From Toensbergia leucococca (taxonomy: Eukaryota): a stretch of DNA of 64,000 bases. Shown piece by piece: positions 49,501 through 61,913 of this stretch; positions within the stretch are counted from its first letter, which is position 1; every line of letters begins with the position of its first letter. Location of the stretch: contig JALDZS010000010.1 in assembly GCA_022813965.1 (NCBI GenBank), positions 186,001-250,000 on the forward strand. Direction: 5' to 3'. The translations under genes and the position numbers were made by a program. The notes beneath the pieces are model-generated. The model made no database searches, was not told the DNA's origin, and saw only the letters and a list, made by a program, of their open reading frames with translations.

Positions 49501-49811
49501 TCCACTACATCTGTGTCGCTTCCAGCATGACTGAATCTAAATTGTGAAGGCTGCGGAGGTTGAACAGGACCACTGGATATGGGTACAGCCTCTCTTGTTT
49601 GTGGTAGATTTGAAGGGGCCGTAGATGCGATTACTCTGTGATGTTCTGGGCGCGACTTGTGCGCCTTGGGTATATTGAAGACGTTTGAGTGTAAAGGATT
49701 TTGTAGAGGACTAGCTTTGCCAAATTCGGGTTGCTTGAAACTTCCAAAAGTCTGCTGATACGATTTTGAGGGCGACACAGGAGCCTTCGGCGGTTCCCGT
49801 TCCACTACCAT
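46528..49811 (-). CDS. SNF2-family helicase/ATPase (Rad5/Rad16/Uls1-like group), 3 exons
   Basis: LLPHQ, GGILADD|MGLGKT, VILDEAH, LTGTPMQN, LRLRQACNHP, CDVC..CSEC Zn site, IVFSQFT, SLKCGSLGLNLTAA and EPFWNP|FVEEQAIDRVHR. The ORF is open to 50171, so the start could be earlier. Confidence 0.93.
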
Positions 49812-51969
49812 GGTGCCTAGAGAGCTGGGTGGAGAAATTCGGGAAGAATCTGGCGAGGGCACAAGGAAGGAAAACAACGAGCTCGAGTCACCCAATTTGG
49901 AAGTCTGATCACATTCGTCGCCTTTGAAGGTGAATACTGGGGAGGAGTGATTGATTTCTGGCAGGCGAGGGGAATCCAGAGGGGTGGTTCGAAAATGTCC
50001 TACTATTCCTGCCCATTCGTAGGACGGCGAAGCGTTCACAGGAGTTTCTAGAAACCTCAATGGCTGTGTGCGTGGGTCAAAGGTGAACAGCGGTGACTCG
50101 GGTGAGCGCAGATGGTTTCGTGGACGAAAGGGGCAAGGTGTAAGATCTTTCCGTCTCTGTTGACGGTCCATGATGAATATGGCAGGCCGTAAGGGCAGAA
50201 CAAGGAGAGGACTTCATACCTGAAATTTGTTCCATCACAGCAAGCTGCGAGAAAACTAAGCTTTTTCGACGTCTAGCATTTGATATCGTGTATCAGCTCG
50301 TGTCAACCGTGTTTGTTTCGAGCATGACGTAGCTGTTGCGCAGAGCAACACTGAAGTCAGCCCTACACCCCCAGCCTCGAAAGAGTAAGCAGATCTTGAA
50401 GGCATTAGAGCAAACAATCACTTGCTCATCTGATATCTCATCTCAACACTCACCTTGAGCAACTTTGTTTGGTTCTCTTGACTTGTATCCTTTACTATTG
50501 ATTTATGCATTCAATCTAAGTTACTGTTAGCCTTGAAAGACCAAGGTTGTAGTGCAATGCTCAAAGATATTCTGACATTCAAAAACAAATTCATTACTCT
50601 CTATTATACATTGCGGTCATGCAGTTTCCTTCCCAGTGTGTTCTCAACGACATCTCTTGGTGAGGTCAGTGGCTTTTATTGTAAAACATCTCGAGGATGT
50701 TCCCTCTACTTGCTTCACCTTTGGCTCTGCAAATCTTGGATTCTGAATTCCATCTTACACTTCGTGGTTAATGTATGCACCCCTGAGTTGTCAGTGCTCA
50801 ACATCTTCTATATCTCGAACCCCTAATGGGCTTGGGTACTAAAGCTACTGGGATTGTAAAGAAAACTAACATGCCATAGGTAGCGTAACAGCAGGTGAAT
50901 CAAATAAACAGTGTTGACATCATATAAGAAGCATATGCAAACCCTCTGCGAGTGGGAAATCAGGAAAGAACCAAGTCAAGAGATGGCATGTTAGTATCTG
51001 GTCGTAACTTGAAACCACAAGTAACAACAGAGATACACCTAGAAGCTGGACATCGGTCATGAATGACTACTTGATCAGACGCTAAAAACTATACCATGGA
51101 ACGTATTTGAAGACAAAGAAGATTAGAATGTTTGGGCCTTCCACCTACGGAGGATTCCGAGAAAAATAGATTCCTAGTGGCCTTGGATCCATGTTCTCGT
51201 ATCGATCATCCCGATCAGCCGCACAAGCCTGCGTTAGGGCATTATCGTGCGAACGCCGCAACCCTATCCCCGCAGGAAGCGAGCCTCGTCGGGTCTAGCT
51301 GCGAAGTTGACACCCAGGTACCGATATTCAATAATGATTTTGATCATGTTCGTCACCTACCAGGTATCAGACACTTCATTGCTGATAGGGTCTGGCGTCG
51401 TCCTTCCATCGAACACTCTTTGCATCATCTAACTAACAACACATGATGCCTCGTCATTCCAAGGCAAATGTCAGCTTACAGCTCGTGTCATTTCACGATC
51501 CTCACGTCGATTTAGCTTGAGGAATCTCTCACTCCACACTCTGGACACAGCCCTGATCTGACGCCTCATATGCTCTTCGCTGTGCTATTATCGTGTAAGC
51601 ATTGAGATGTGCACCCATTTCTATTTCCGGATGGTCCTTATATGTATTTCCGGGTCAGTTTTCAATTTAGTAAACCACTACCATGATCTCCTTGACAGGA
51701 TCCTTCCCCGCTGCTGGAAGACTTTGACAGGCGCTGACGCCTAAGTTGTGTATGATGCATGAGCAGGAGTCTACCCCGCTGTATTGGCTGGGACAGGTCA
51801 TTACGAGGGCCGAGCCAATTCACAGCTGATCCACAAAAGACTTACATATAGCCAGCACCGGCAGCCTCTATCTTTCCATCTCATCACTCGCAACCTCATC
51901 CTTACTCCCATTCTCACATCCAACAACCAGAACTCAATCAAGCCCCGAGACTCCCAACCCCACCTAAAA

Positions 51970-52572
51970 ATGCATTCCACAACCATCTTCGCCCTCGCAG
52001 GCCTCTCCGCTCTCGCAGCAACATCTCCCACCCCCGCGAAGCTCGTCCCCCGTGCCTGTAGCACGCTCTTCCCAACCTACCAAACCATCAGCTCCGCCAA
52101 TCCCGGCACAGTAGGCGCCCAAAACAATCAATTCACCATCAGCCAGACCCCCGCCACCTCGAACGGCGCCGGCAACGTCGATACCATCGTCACCTTCCCA
52201 GCCATCCCCGCTGGATCCTACGGCTGCCAGCTCGCGCTTTCCGTCACCCCGGTCACCAACAGTGGGGCGAATCAGGCCACTGTTTATTCATTGAACAACG
52301 GGCCCATGGGCGCCACCGCGGGTGATACTTACTCGACATATTTCCCCAATGGTGGGACCGGCACTCCGGCCACCGGGACCAACTTTGGGACCGTCAACAT
52401 TGTTGCTGGAGGCAATCAAGTCATCAACAGCAAGGCATGCCCTTCGGGCGCCTCGTCAGGTCTATCCTTTTTATTCGAAATTGCCGATCCGACTGCCACG
52501 GGCAGTGATCAATTCACGGACACCAGTGTGGCCGGGTCCCCCAATGGTGTGTATCTCACCTACAACTGTTAA
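51970..52572 (+). CDS. Small secreted protein, But2 C-terminal-like domain
   Basis: Signal peptide MHSTTIFALAGLSALAAT, a basic PR processing-like site, the IPAGSYGCQL motif, SKACP and terminal YNC (4 Cys). Confidence 0.75.
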   Translation: MHSTTIFALAGLSALAATSPTPAKLVPRACSTLFPTYQTISSANPGTVGAQNNQFTISQTPATSNGAGNVDTIVTFPAIPAGSYGCQLALSVTPVTNSGANQATVYSLNNGPMGATAGDTYSTYFPNGGTGTPATGTNFGTVNIVAGGNQVINSKACPSGASSGLSFLFEIADPTATGSDQFTDTSVAGSPNGVYLTYNC

Positions 52573-53178
52573 GGTTGATAGGGAAGGTATTAGCATGGTA
52601 TAGCGAGTAGAGATAATGGTATAAATAGAATAATAAAAGTTGTGTTTTGATATGTTCCCCGGTGCCCAGAATAAGACCGATCGAGAAAGGTTTTGATGTC
52701 TTTTTCATTACTCTTACCAAAAAAACAAGCCATGCATCAACAGTGAGAGCTGTCGAGAATGATGAGTACAGTAGCATTAGATAATAATCCAAACAAGAAA
52801 ATGAACATGATGATTCTCCGCGACAGCTAAAATTGTACTGGGTCATTCCAATTCATTGCTTCGTTATAACTTTGTCGTTACCCTTGCATCTCGTCGAGCA
52901 TACTCGTCATATATTTTCATAAACAGAGATAACCCGTGAGTCCAACTGAAAGATGTGTAAGTCAGTAGTAAACTTTCAAGATTGGCACCAGATAAAGGGC
53001 CAGAGTATGAAAACAAATATCGATGAGGAAAGAAGAAACGAGGTTTCCGGCGGAAAAACGAACGCCACCTAAGAACAGTGCAAAATCGCCAGAGTGGCAA
53101 ATGAGGTCAAGTATATCAAAAAAATATCCAAGCCAAGTCTGCACTCAATATACCCATGACTCCCAAATCACCACGCCC

Positions 53179-53856
53179 TCATGACCTCCGTTGCCGCCGT
53201 TCCCATTCCACCATTGCCAAGCCGGTCACTACGATCTCATCGATAATCACGCTCCCAATATCCCCACCCATAATCTCCAACTTCCCCTCCTTCCGCACTG
53301 AGTATGCCGCATTATGGAACCTCGCCACCGTTTGTTTGCTCTCGTCCGAAAGCGTCATATCAGAGCCAAACACACTGTCTCTAGCCCAGTCCAGCTTTCC
53401 CATTCCGCTGCTGTCGAAAACGTGTGTGTAGGAGAAGATGCCGTTGCGAGAGAGAGGGACGTCACGGCCGTGGATGTGGAGCTCAACATAGCCCATGTGG
53501 AACATTCCAGTGGCGATGCAGTCGGTGGATGAGGCACCGCGAAAGATTTCTAGTTGGGGTCTCGTGTTGAAAAGGGCAGATTGGCGCGTAGTGTATGTGT
53601 AAAGAGGAGTGACCTTGTCAGAGTCGAGGACTTGGTGGGAGCGATTGAGGATGTCGGTGTGATAGATGTGGAAGAGGCGAGTTTGGTAGTGAGTCGGGAT
53701 CGAAGATGACGCTTGGCTAGGTCTTGCTGTTGAGTGTGAGATTTGGTTGGGTTTTGCGGCCGAGGGGACTGGAGCTGGCGAGGCTAAGGAGTATGGTGGG
53801 GGTGGATCTGGATCTGGATTTGAATGTGAATTTGAATTTGAGAAGGAGGACTTCAT
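53179..53856 (-). CDS. Fungal hypothetical protein with PPPPY motif and tubby/LURP-like beta-rich domain
   Basis: 225-aa ORF with N-terminal PPPPY and C-terminal GKLEI..DEIVVTGLAMVE helix. Confidence 0.75.
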   Translation of the reverse strand: MKSSFSNSNSHSNPDPDPPPPYSLASPAPVPSAAKPNQISHSTARPSQASSSIPTHYQTRLFHIYHTDILNRSHQVLDSDKVTPLYTYTTRQSALFNTRPQLEIFRGASSTDCIATGMFHMGYVELHIHGRDVPLSRNGIFSYTHVFDSSGMGKLDWARDSVFGSDMTLSDESKQTVARFHNAAYSVRKEGKLEIMGGDIGSVIIDEIVVTGLAMVEWERRQRRS

Positions 53857-54851
53857 CGTGGGGGATAGTATTAGCGGCTGGTAAATATTACAAAGATGAA
53901 GGTCCTGGAGGATATTAAGGCTTCTTGAAGATGATGGAGGAATTGATGTTAATAAGTAGCGTGAAAGGCATTTTGCGGTAAGCCACCATCCTAAGCCACC
54001 ATGCTCACTGTTTTAGAATATGGAGGACCTCACGGCCTGGGGCTCAGCCGCATGAGCCTCTTGCTAGGCGCAACTCAACCAAACAATCATTGGAAAACAG
54101 GAACCACAACGTCACGTAACCGATGACAGATTATGGTCATGCTCACCTCGGCGGTGATGGAGTTCATGTGGGCTCGAAAGAAAAAGAAGAGAGGAGACTT
54201 GGCAGGAACATAAATGCGCTGGAAAATACAAATTCATTCCGCCGAGGCGCAGTACGAGTACGAATATTTCGAAGGCAGAGTATGAAGTGCGGCAGTTTGG
54301 ATTCAATGGCGACGTACGACCCTCGAACCAAATCAAGCAATGCCACCAAACCTTGCGATCTGCGGAGTAGCTTCTTTTGGCCAAGACAAGGGCAATCCCC
54401 GACAAAGGCCGTCTGGTGTCACTGGTGTCGTTGAAATGACGATAAGATAAGGACAAACTAAGGCAAGGAGAGGTCGAGTACATATTCTACTCCGCTTCAT
54501 CACGTCAACCTACTTCTAGCATCATCCGCTTATTTCTCTTCTACCTGCTACTTTGGTTCCAGTCACCGACTGCAAGTCTCCTTGTTACCTTATCTGCTGG
54601 TACTACCTAGCCAGGAACACCTCTTTGATTGGCCGCAGAGAAAGTCAAGCGACGACAATGTCAAGCTCCATGACATCTAGATTGAGGCAATGGGAGCAAC
54701 TCTTCATATTTATTTCTGATCCCCCGCACGCTTGGCTTCCGTTCCCTGGAAGCTGACTTCAGTTCTTATAGTTTCTGTTTTCCGTGCTCGCACATACCTT
54801 CTCCATCTCCAGTTTTTTCCTACTCTCGCACGTGGCTTTTTCGTTGGCATC

Positions 54852-56257
54852 ATGTCTTTCAAGATCCTTGCCCTCGTGACGTCTCTGTTGGCATGCATAA
54901 CTGAGGGAACTGACGTCAAGGGCTTCACCGTGGGAGGTTACACCCCAGCTGCCTTCCGAGCTCCATCACCCAACACCGTGACTTCCAACACCCTCTCCTT
55001 GACCCGTAAGTCCGGTTCGCGCAGCGCCGCCTATCTCCAATCAATAAGGAAAAACACCCAAGTCAATGGCCTTTACCAGTACGGCGTAGCTCCTCTGACC
55101 CAAGAGGAGGAAGGCGAAGAATATCTGACTGAGATTGAATTTGGCTCCAAATCTTTCTCTGTAATTCTTGACACCGGCAGTAGTGACACCTGGCTTGTCG
55201 AAACCGGTTTTACCTGCGTCAATCAAACCTCCGGAGCTCTCGAGACTGAAGCTGAGTGCATGTTTGGCCCAACCTACACCGTTCCTTCAACATTCAAGGA
55301 TATCCCCAACGAAAACTTTAATATCACATATGGTAATCCCAAATACCCACGCCTACATATACTTTCCGTCCGCCTTCTAACAATTTAACTCCAGGCGACG
55401 GAGAATTTCTGACCGGCAAATTCGGGTTCGAAGCCGTAACCCTCGCCGGCATTACGGTGCCTAAACAACAAGTCGCAGTCGTCAACTTCGCAGCCTGGGA
55501 TGGCGACGATGTCTCTAGCGGCCTAGTCGGGCTCGCCTACCCTGCTATAACGAGCGAATTCAGCGGCGACAACCCAACACTAGACACGGAAGCCAAACAA
55601 ATCGAATATAACCCCATCTTCACTACAATGTATTTGGACTCACTCGTCGCGCCCCTCTTCAGCCTCGCCATCAACCGCGGCAACAGCGGCACCAATCAAG
55701 CCGGCTTCCTCGCCCTCGGCGGTCTCCCTCCCGTAGCCTTCGTTCCCATCTTCGCCAGCACGCCCATCCAAATCCTCACCCTCGCAGCCTACAACATCAC
55801 AACCCAATACTCCTTCTACACCATCACCCCGCAAGCCCTTGTCTACGAAGAAAGCAAGCACACCCACTACGGCTACGGCAACTGGCCCAACCCCTTCCAA
55901 CCCAACGGCGCCCAATACATTGTCGACAGCGGCACCACGCTCCTCTACCTGCCCACCGGCCAAGCCGACGCCATCAACGCGCTCTTCGACCCGCCCGCCG
56001 TCTACAGCGACGACGTGGGCGCCTACGTCGTCGACTGCAACGCCAAGGCCCCCGAGCTCGGCGTCCAGATCGGCGGCGAGGTCTTCTTCATCAGTCCCCT
56101 CGACCTGATTTTGAATTCCGAGGGCAGCTGTTTCACCGGGGTGGACGATGGCGGGGACGGGCCTTATATTCTTGGAGATGTGTTCCTGAAGAATGTGGTG
56201 GCGGTGTTTGATGTTGGGGCTAGCGAGATGCGGTTTGCAGCGAGGGAATTTTATTGA
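54852..56257 (+). CDS. Secreted A1 (pepsin-like) aspartic protease, 2 exons (intron 55333-55394)
   Basis: Signal peptide, catalytic DTGSSDTW and DSGTT, FNITY|GDG flap and ILGDVFLKN. Confidence 0.95.
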
Positions 56258-56789
56258 AGATTTTCTATGGATGTGGGTATCGTCGCGTTCCAAGGGGTTT
56301 GGTAAGTAGTCCAACCTTGGAGGTATATTGAGCACAGTCTGCGATATAAAGGAAATTTTAATTTTGGGTTCTTTTGTGCTCGGTCACCTTTCCTTTTTTC
56401 TGTAGGTTTGAATTGTGAGGATAGGTAAGGGTGAGTAAAGTGTGAATTTCTGATTTCACCTGCACCTGAGGAGTGAGGCTGGCTTGAAATTTCCCCGAGT
56501 GTAGGGGCTGTAAACGTCACAGTTTCGGTTGCATGGGAAAAGCCTGCTCAATGAGGTGGTTCTGCCGAGCAAAGAGGGCGAACCCGTTATGCTAGTATCG
56601 GCAATAAAAATGAATAGGTACGCCCAAATAACCCTCAAACAGCCCCCCTCGCCAACAGAATAAACACAACCCTACTCGCGCCTCACAACACCCCATATTC
56701 CTAGACAGAAAAAAACATCTAGTCATCCGGATCTACATCTCATCTCGTCACCGCACAATTTGAACCGCCACAGGTGCCACAGGTACAAT

Positions 56790-57881
56790 TCAAACCTCCA
56801 TCTGCCCCGCAGGCTCTTCGTCACCAGACTGGAAGCTACCGACCGAGCTCATTTCGCTTTCGGATTCGCTGTCGTCGCCAGCTTCGTCTGCGGCGTCTTT
56901 GGTGGCGTATTTGGTCACGTATTCTATGCATGAGCTGTTGATGGGATTTCTTTTTTACAGGTGTGAAATTGAAAGGGGGGCTTGTACCTTTGACTTTGGC
57001 CTCGTAGTTCTTCGGATCCCTCATCAATAACGCGGCTGCCTCGCCGTTCAGAGGATCTGTCGGGTTCGGATACCGCAGTAGCTGGGGGAGGAAGACTTCG
57101 AAGATGTTGATCATGTCGAACATGGGCGACCAGGTTTGGTTGATGACGTCTAAGCAGACGGATCCGGAGCTTTGCAATATTAGTATGGAGCTCGGTTTTG
57201 CGGGATTTATGGGTACATGTACAGCTCATCGATGTTTGGATGGAAGATTCGGTTGACAAAGCCGATGCTAGGGCTCTTGTAGGGATATTGATCTTGGAGT
57301 TCGACATGGACTTTCCATAGACCGCCTTCGAAGGGTGCTGGGGGAGGGAGAGCTGTAAGCGAAAGTTGACATAAAGAGACTGGACATCATACTCTCTTCA
57401 GGGCCCTTGAAACGGACGTAGAATTCTTGCCTTTATAATCATGATATTAAAAAGTTGTCCATGTTTAAGGGTATCGAATGTCTGGAGATAAGAGCACAGA
57501 GGGCATACACTGCAGTTTGGTCAGATCAAAATAGTTGAAAGCGTAGGCCGGAGGATCGGTCTGAACCCACTGTTATCATTAACAAGCGTCACCTCATAAT
57601 CACTCATCATCCTGTATTTCCGAAAATCAGCTAAGATCTAGTAGGCCATGCTGTTGAGCCGAGATAAATATGAAACATATTAAAGGGTTGTCATACATCC
57701 TGTAAAGAAATCAGTTCAGCACTTTTTCCTCCAGCTAATACTTGTCTCCAACTCACTTCATGACCTGTAACCCACGGGAGCAGAACAATCAGTATCCAAG
57801 ACCTTGTCCATCTTTTTTCACTGAAAATCCACGCATTATTTGACTTACATCCGTCTCGATTCTTCTCTTTGGACTACTCAT
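56790..57881 (-). CDS. UBC8: Ubiquitin-conjugating enzyme E2 Ubc8/UBE2H; 9 exons (33, 8, 3, 41, 1, 38, 115, 182, 134 nt; 184 aa)
   Basis: Spliced product [72 protein letters not shown]..acidic tail; exon lengths sum to 555 nt. Confidence 0.95.
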
Positions 57882-58653
57882 CTTGCCGCCTGTTATGCCC
57901 CTCACAAGACAATATGTTTGATGAGACTACGGCTTAGCTGAGCCTTCTGATCTCCAGGATGTATTCGGATAGAGAGTGTAGAGTTGTAGCTTGGAGGAAG
58001 GAGCGGGCTTGTGTGGCTGACAAAGGACGGTTCAAGTCAGACCTTTGTTGTGAACAGCCTGTTTGATCTGATGATGAGTGAATGAATACTTCAACTGTCG
58101 TCAAAATGAACGTGGGGTGTATGCAAGTCATATGCAAGCCCCGAACCCTTCTAGACCGGCTTTCACAACAGCACCGGTTGGGTGATGACGCAGCTGCCTA
58201 ATTTTAGGTTGAACCCCATTGCTCACGTGCTTGTGTGTACCTGATGGGCTGTTGAACTCCATTCTCCACAGAAAAACACAATCAGAGAAAGGAATTCATG
58301 TGTCAGTCCAACGGTTACATCGTCAGCTTCATTGTCACTATATGATGGTGAGATTCGAGTATAGAGATACTCAAGAGCCGGTGAAATGCTGCATCTTGGC
58401 TGGAGGCGTTGTGACGTTCCTTCTGCCACTAAACCCAATCCAGCTCTCGCACATCCGGAGAAGAAAGCTCACCCTCATAAAATTTCCCTTCGTACCCAGT
58501 AATCCGCAGCATTCATCATCACGATCTCAGCATTAATAAAATCCCCATTTTTCTGAGCCTCCAAGATGTCTGCATCATCTTCATCCTACGTCGCTTCATC
58601 TTTGAATCTATCCCAAAAAGCCCAAAGTCTTGCGAAGAAGCCAGGCTGAAAGG

Positions 58654-59759
58654 ATGTCGCAACGACTCATACGCTCTCAAGCCCTAAGATCGTGTGCTTC
58701 CTCTTTATCGATTTCCCCTAGAGTTGCCGTGTCGCAATGTCAGGTACGACTAAGTTCACATTCGCCAATGGGCTCTCCTCCGGCAACACCCCGGAAGAAG
58801 GTCACCATTAGTACACTACGCTCGCTGCATCAGAAACAAGAACCAATCACCATGATCACGGCACACGACTTCCCAAGTGCTCATGTCGCCGACGCTGCCG
58901 GCATGGATATGATCCTAGTAGGGGACAGTTTAGCTATGGTAGCGCTTGGAATGGAAGATACAAGTGAAGTCATCCTAGAAGAGATGATTTTACATTGCCG
59001 GAGTGTGTCGCGTGCTACCAAAGCCGCTTTCACCGTAAGCCACATTTGTACTCCTCGAACACATGAGCAGTTTGCTAATGCCACCGGATAGATCGGCGAC
59101 CTCCCAATGGGATCCTACGAGATATCCCCTGAGCAAGCTCTGGATTCCGCCATCAGGGTTGTGAAGGAAGGCCGAGTACAAGGTATCAAGCTCGAAGGTG
59201 GTCTGGACTTTGCGCCCACAATCCAACGAATCACCACTGCAGGTATTCCTGTCCTTGGCCATGTCGGCCTGACACCCCAACGCCAAAACGCCCTAGGTGG
59301 TTTCAGGGTTCAGGGGAAATCAACAGCCGGAGCATTGAATGTCCTTAGAGATGCCCTCGCTGTGCAAGAAGCTGGATGTTTTGGTGTTGTCCTAGAAGCC
59401 GTCCCCGCAGAAGTCGCCAGTTTGGTCACGAAGAAGCTGCGAATCCCTACGATTGGCATCGGTGCCGGTAATGGCTGCTCTGGTCAAGTCCTGGTGCAAG
59501 TTGACATGTCGGGGAATTTTCCTCCGGGAAGATTTCTCCCCAAGTTTGTAAAGAGATATGGAGATGTCTGGAGCGAGAGCATGAAGGCCATTGAGGCTTA
59601 CAAGGGTGAATGAGATTCAACCTTGCTGCTGTAATGCATACTAATAGCAAATCAGGTGAAGTCAAAAGTCGAGCCTATCCTGCTCCCGAGCACACTTATC
59701 CCATGCCCGCAGAGTCCCTGACTGAGTTCGAAAATATCATCAAATCTCAAACGTTCTGA
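58654..59759 (+). CDS. panB: 3-methyl-2-oxobutanoate (ketopantoate) hydroxymethyltransferase, mitochondrial; 3 exons
   Basis: ITMITAHD, ILVGDSLAMVALG, GDLPMGSYE, IKLEGG, GHVGLTPQ, TIGIGAG..CSGQVLV and PKFVK; R/S-rich presequence. ECM31 orthologue. Confidence 0.95.
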
Positions 59760-60100
59760 TCTGAATATCTCTTATGGCGATTTTGGCGTATACCCTGTCA
59801 AGGCTTGGGCATTTTCATGAGCTATGTCTGTACAGCATTTGTAGTTGTTGCCATTTTCCTTCAGCATGTCTGATCCTGTAACGGCTGCCATTTGGTTTTA
59901 CTCGGTGTTTAGCAGAGCTCTCCTTTTAAGCATAGTCTAGCGTCAGTATGAATTATTTTGAGTCTTCAGGAGATCAGCCTACCAGTCTCGGCCCACTTCC
60001 AATCTATATTGGCCTCGCCCTCAATCGCTCCTGCACGCCTCACTTACTTTCCCAAATCAACCTTATGTTACCACTAGATTTTTTTATCCCTTTCCCTCCC

Positions 60101-60788
60101 CTACCCAAACGCCGGCGTCATCGAGTACCCAACAATAAGCTGATCGTCCGTCTTAAAACACTACCCACGTCGATCAGCCCTAAGAACCATCCCAAATTCC
60201 CCTTCTTTCCCGCCATCTCCCCAGTCCCCCTTTCCCGCCTCCGAACACCCCCACCTCTCAAAAGGAACCAAAAGAACAAAAAACAAAAAAAAAGCAACTC
60301 ACCCTCCACAATCCCCCAACCCCCTCATCCAAACCCGGCGCAAACACATTATTCACATAACAAAACACCCCCTCCTCCCTCTTCACCCGCAACCGCGTCC
60401 GCAAAAACTTGACCACAGTCTCGAACCGATTCTTGCTCGAGATGCGGAACGTAAGCTGCGAGAGCCGCGGCGCGGAGCCGATGGGTTGGAGGTGGATCGT
60501 TACTGTGCGCAAGGTTTCGGCGTTAGGTTGAGATTTGCGATGTGTTTGGTCGATTTTGGGTGTTTGATTGGGAGATTGGGGGGAGTTTGGGAGTCAGATG
60601 GGGTAATTTTGGGGGGAGGGAGAGTGAGAGGCACCTTTTTCTGGCTCCGAGGGGAGGGGGGTTGCGAGCGCGGTGTGGGCGTCTGGGGGGAGGGAGGTGA
60701 GGATTAGGGAGGCGGAGAGGGGGAGGGGGAGGGTGGAGGTCGTTTCGGTTTCCGGGGGGACGGAGGGGATTGGAGAGGATGGTGGCAT
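60101..60788 (-). CDS. ATG12: Autophagy ubiquitin-like protein Atg12, 3 exons
   Basis: [75 protein letters not shown] with terminal Gly. Confidence 0.95.
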
Positions 60789-61010
60789 TGTTGTGGGGGG
60801 CGGTTTGCGGTAGAGGAGGTGGGAGCTTGGATGGTGGTGGGGTTTGAGGCCGATTTTGTTTGCCAGGCTGGTGCGGGGGCTAGGTATGGCGGACCAGGGT
60901 AGATGGTAGGACAAAGTCAACTCGGAAACCCCAGTCGGGAGGCTCGCTGCTCTTTTATTCACAATGCGAGTAGTGTCTACGGAGTAGATCAATTGTTCCT
61001 CCCAGAAGGC

Positions 61011-61714
61011 GTACTCATATTAACCTACAAATGCGGCAACCCTACCTACCTTTTGCGGCACGCTAACCCGATCAGGAACACTAGTCTTCTTTTTCCGCCT
61101 CATTTTCTTCTTTCCATCAACATCTCATCCACATCATCAAAATTCGGTAGCCATGACAGCTCAGTACATCTGTATGTGACTCTATATGTATTGACAACAC
61201 ACACTAATCACATAGACTCCCCCAACAACTTTCCTATCGATAATCAGCCCCCACAAGTCAACGATAACATCATCTTCGAACTTCGACTAAGCAACACAAC
61301 TACCATTCCTATGACTGATGTGATAATGATGTGCCGTTGCTCCAGCATATCCTTTTCTGGCCCATGATTTACTCAGTCAACAAAGGTAGTATCAATAACC
61401 ATCGCCACGCCAGTAATAGGAATGGTAGTTGTGTTGCTTAGTCGAAGTTCGAAGATGATGTTATCGTTGACTTGTGGGGGCTGATTATCGATAGGAAAGT
61501 TGTTGGGGGAGTCTATGTGATTAGTATGTGTTGTCAAGAGATAGATAGATAGTCACATACAGATGTACCGAGCCGTCATGACTATTGATGATGAGATGTT
61601 GATGGAAAGGAAGAAAATGAGGGGGTGGTAAAAGGGAAAAAAAGACTAGTGTTCCTGATCGGGTTAGCGTGCCTCAAAGGTAGGGTTGCCGCATTTGTAG
61701 GTGACCACGAGTAC
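61011..61714. repeat. Long inverted repeat (foldback): arms ~61011-61317 and ~61411-61714, ~90-bp spacer
   Basis: 61203-61312 is the exact reverse complement of 61416-61525 (110 bp); the outer arms match with substitutions and small indels. Confidence 0.97.
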
Positions 61715-61913
61715 TCTATTGGCGTGTGCCTTATTGACTTACTCAACGGATTGGCGAATCCTTCGGAGCTAAATTGTCTGAGACGCGCGGTATTCTAATC
61801 CAAAGGATGCGCATGAAAACGATACGACAGTAATGGTGCAAGCTGCACGGAGTAGCTGAACCACTGACTCTATCAACTTAAATTGTCTCTTGTTTTGCTT
61901 GCCTAACATACCA

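Noticed and set aside
55640..56335. 231-aa antisense ORF over the aspartic protease (and similar antisense ORFs at 7118, 10162, 41657, 47962)
   Set aside because: Shadow ORFs caused by codon bias of the sense-strand genes.
4204..60788. TCO89, RRD1, UBC8 and ATG12 as a TOR/autophagy gene cluster
   Set aside because: Spread over 56 kb with many unrelated genes between them; chance co-location of conserved genes is the simpler explanation.
60903..61367. 154-aa ORF across the left arm of the foldback
   Set aside because: No motifs, and the mirror arm carries indels, arguing against coding function.
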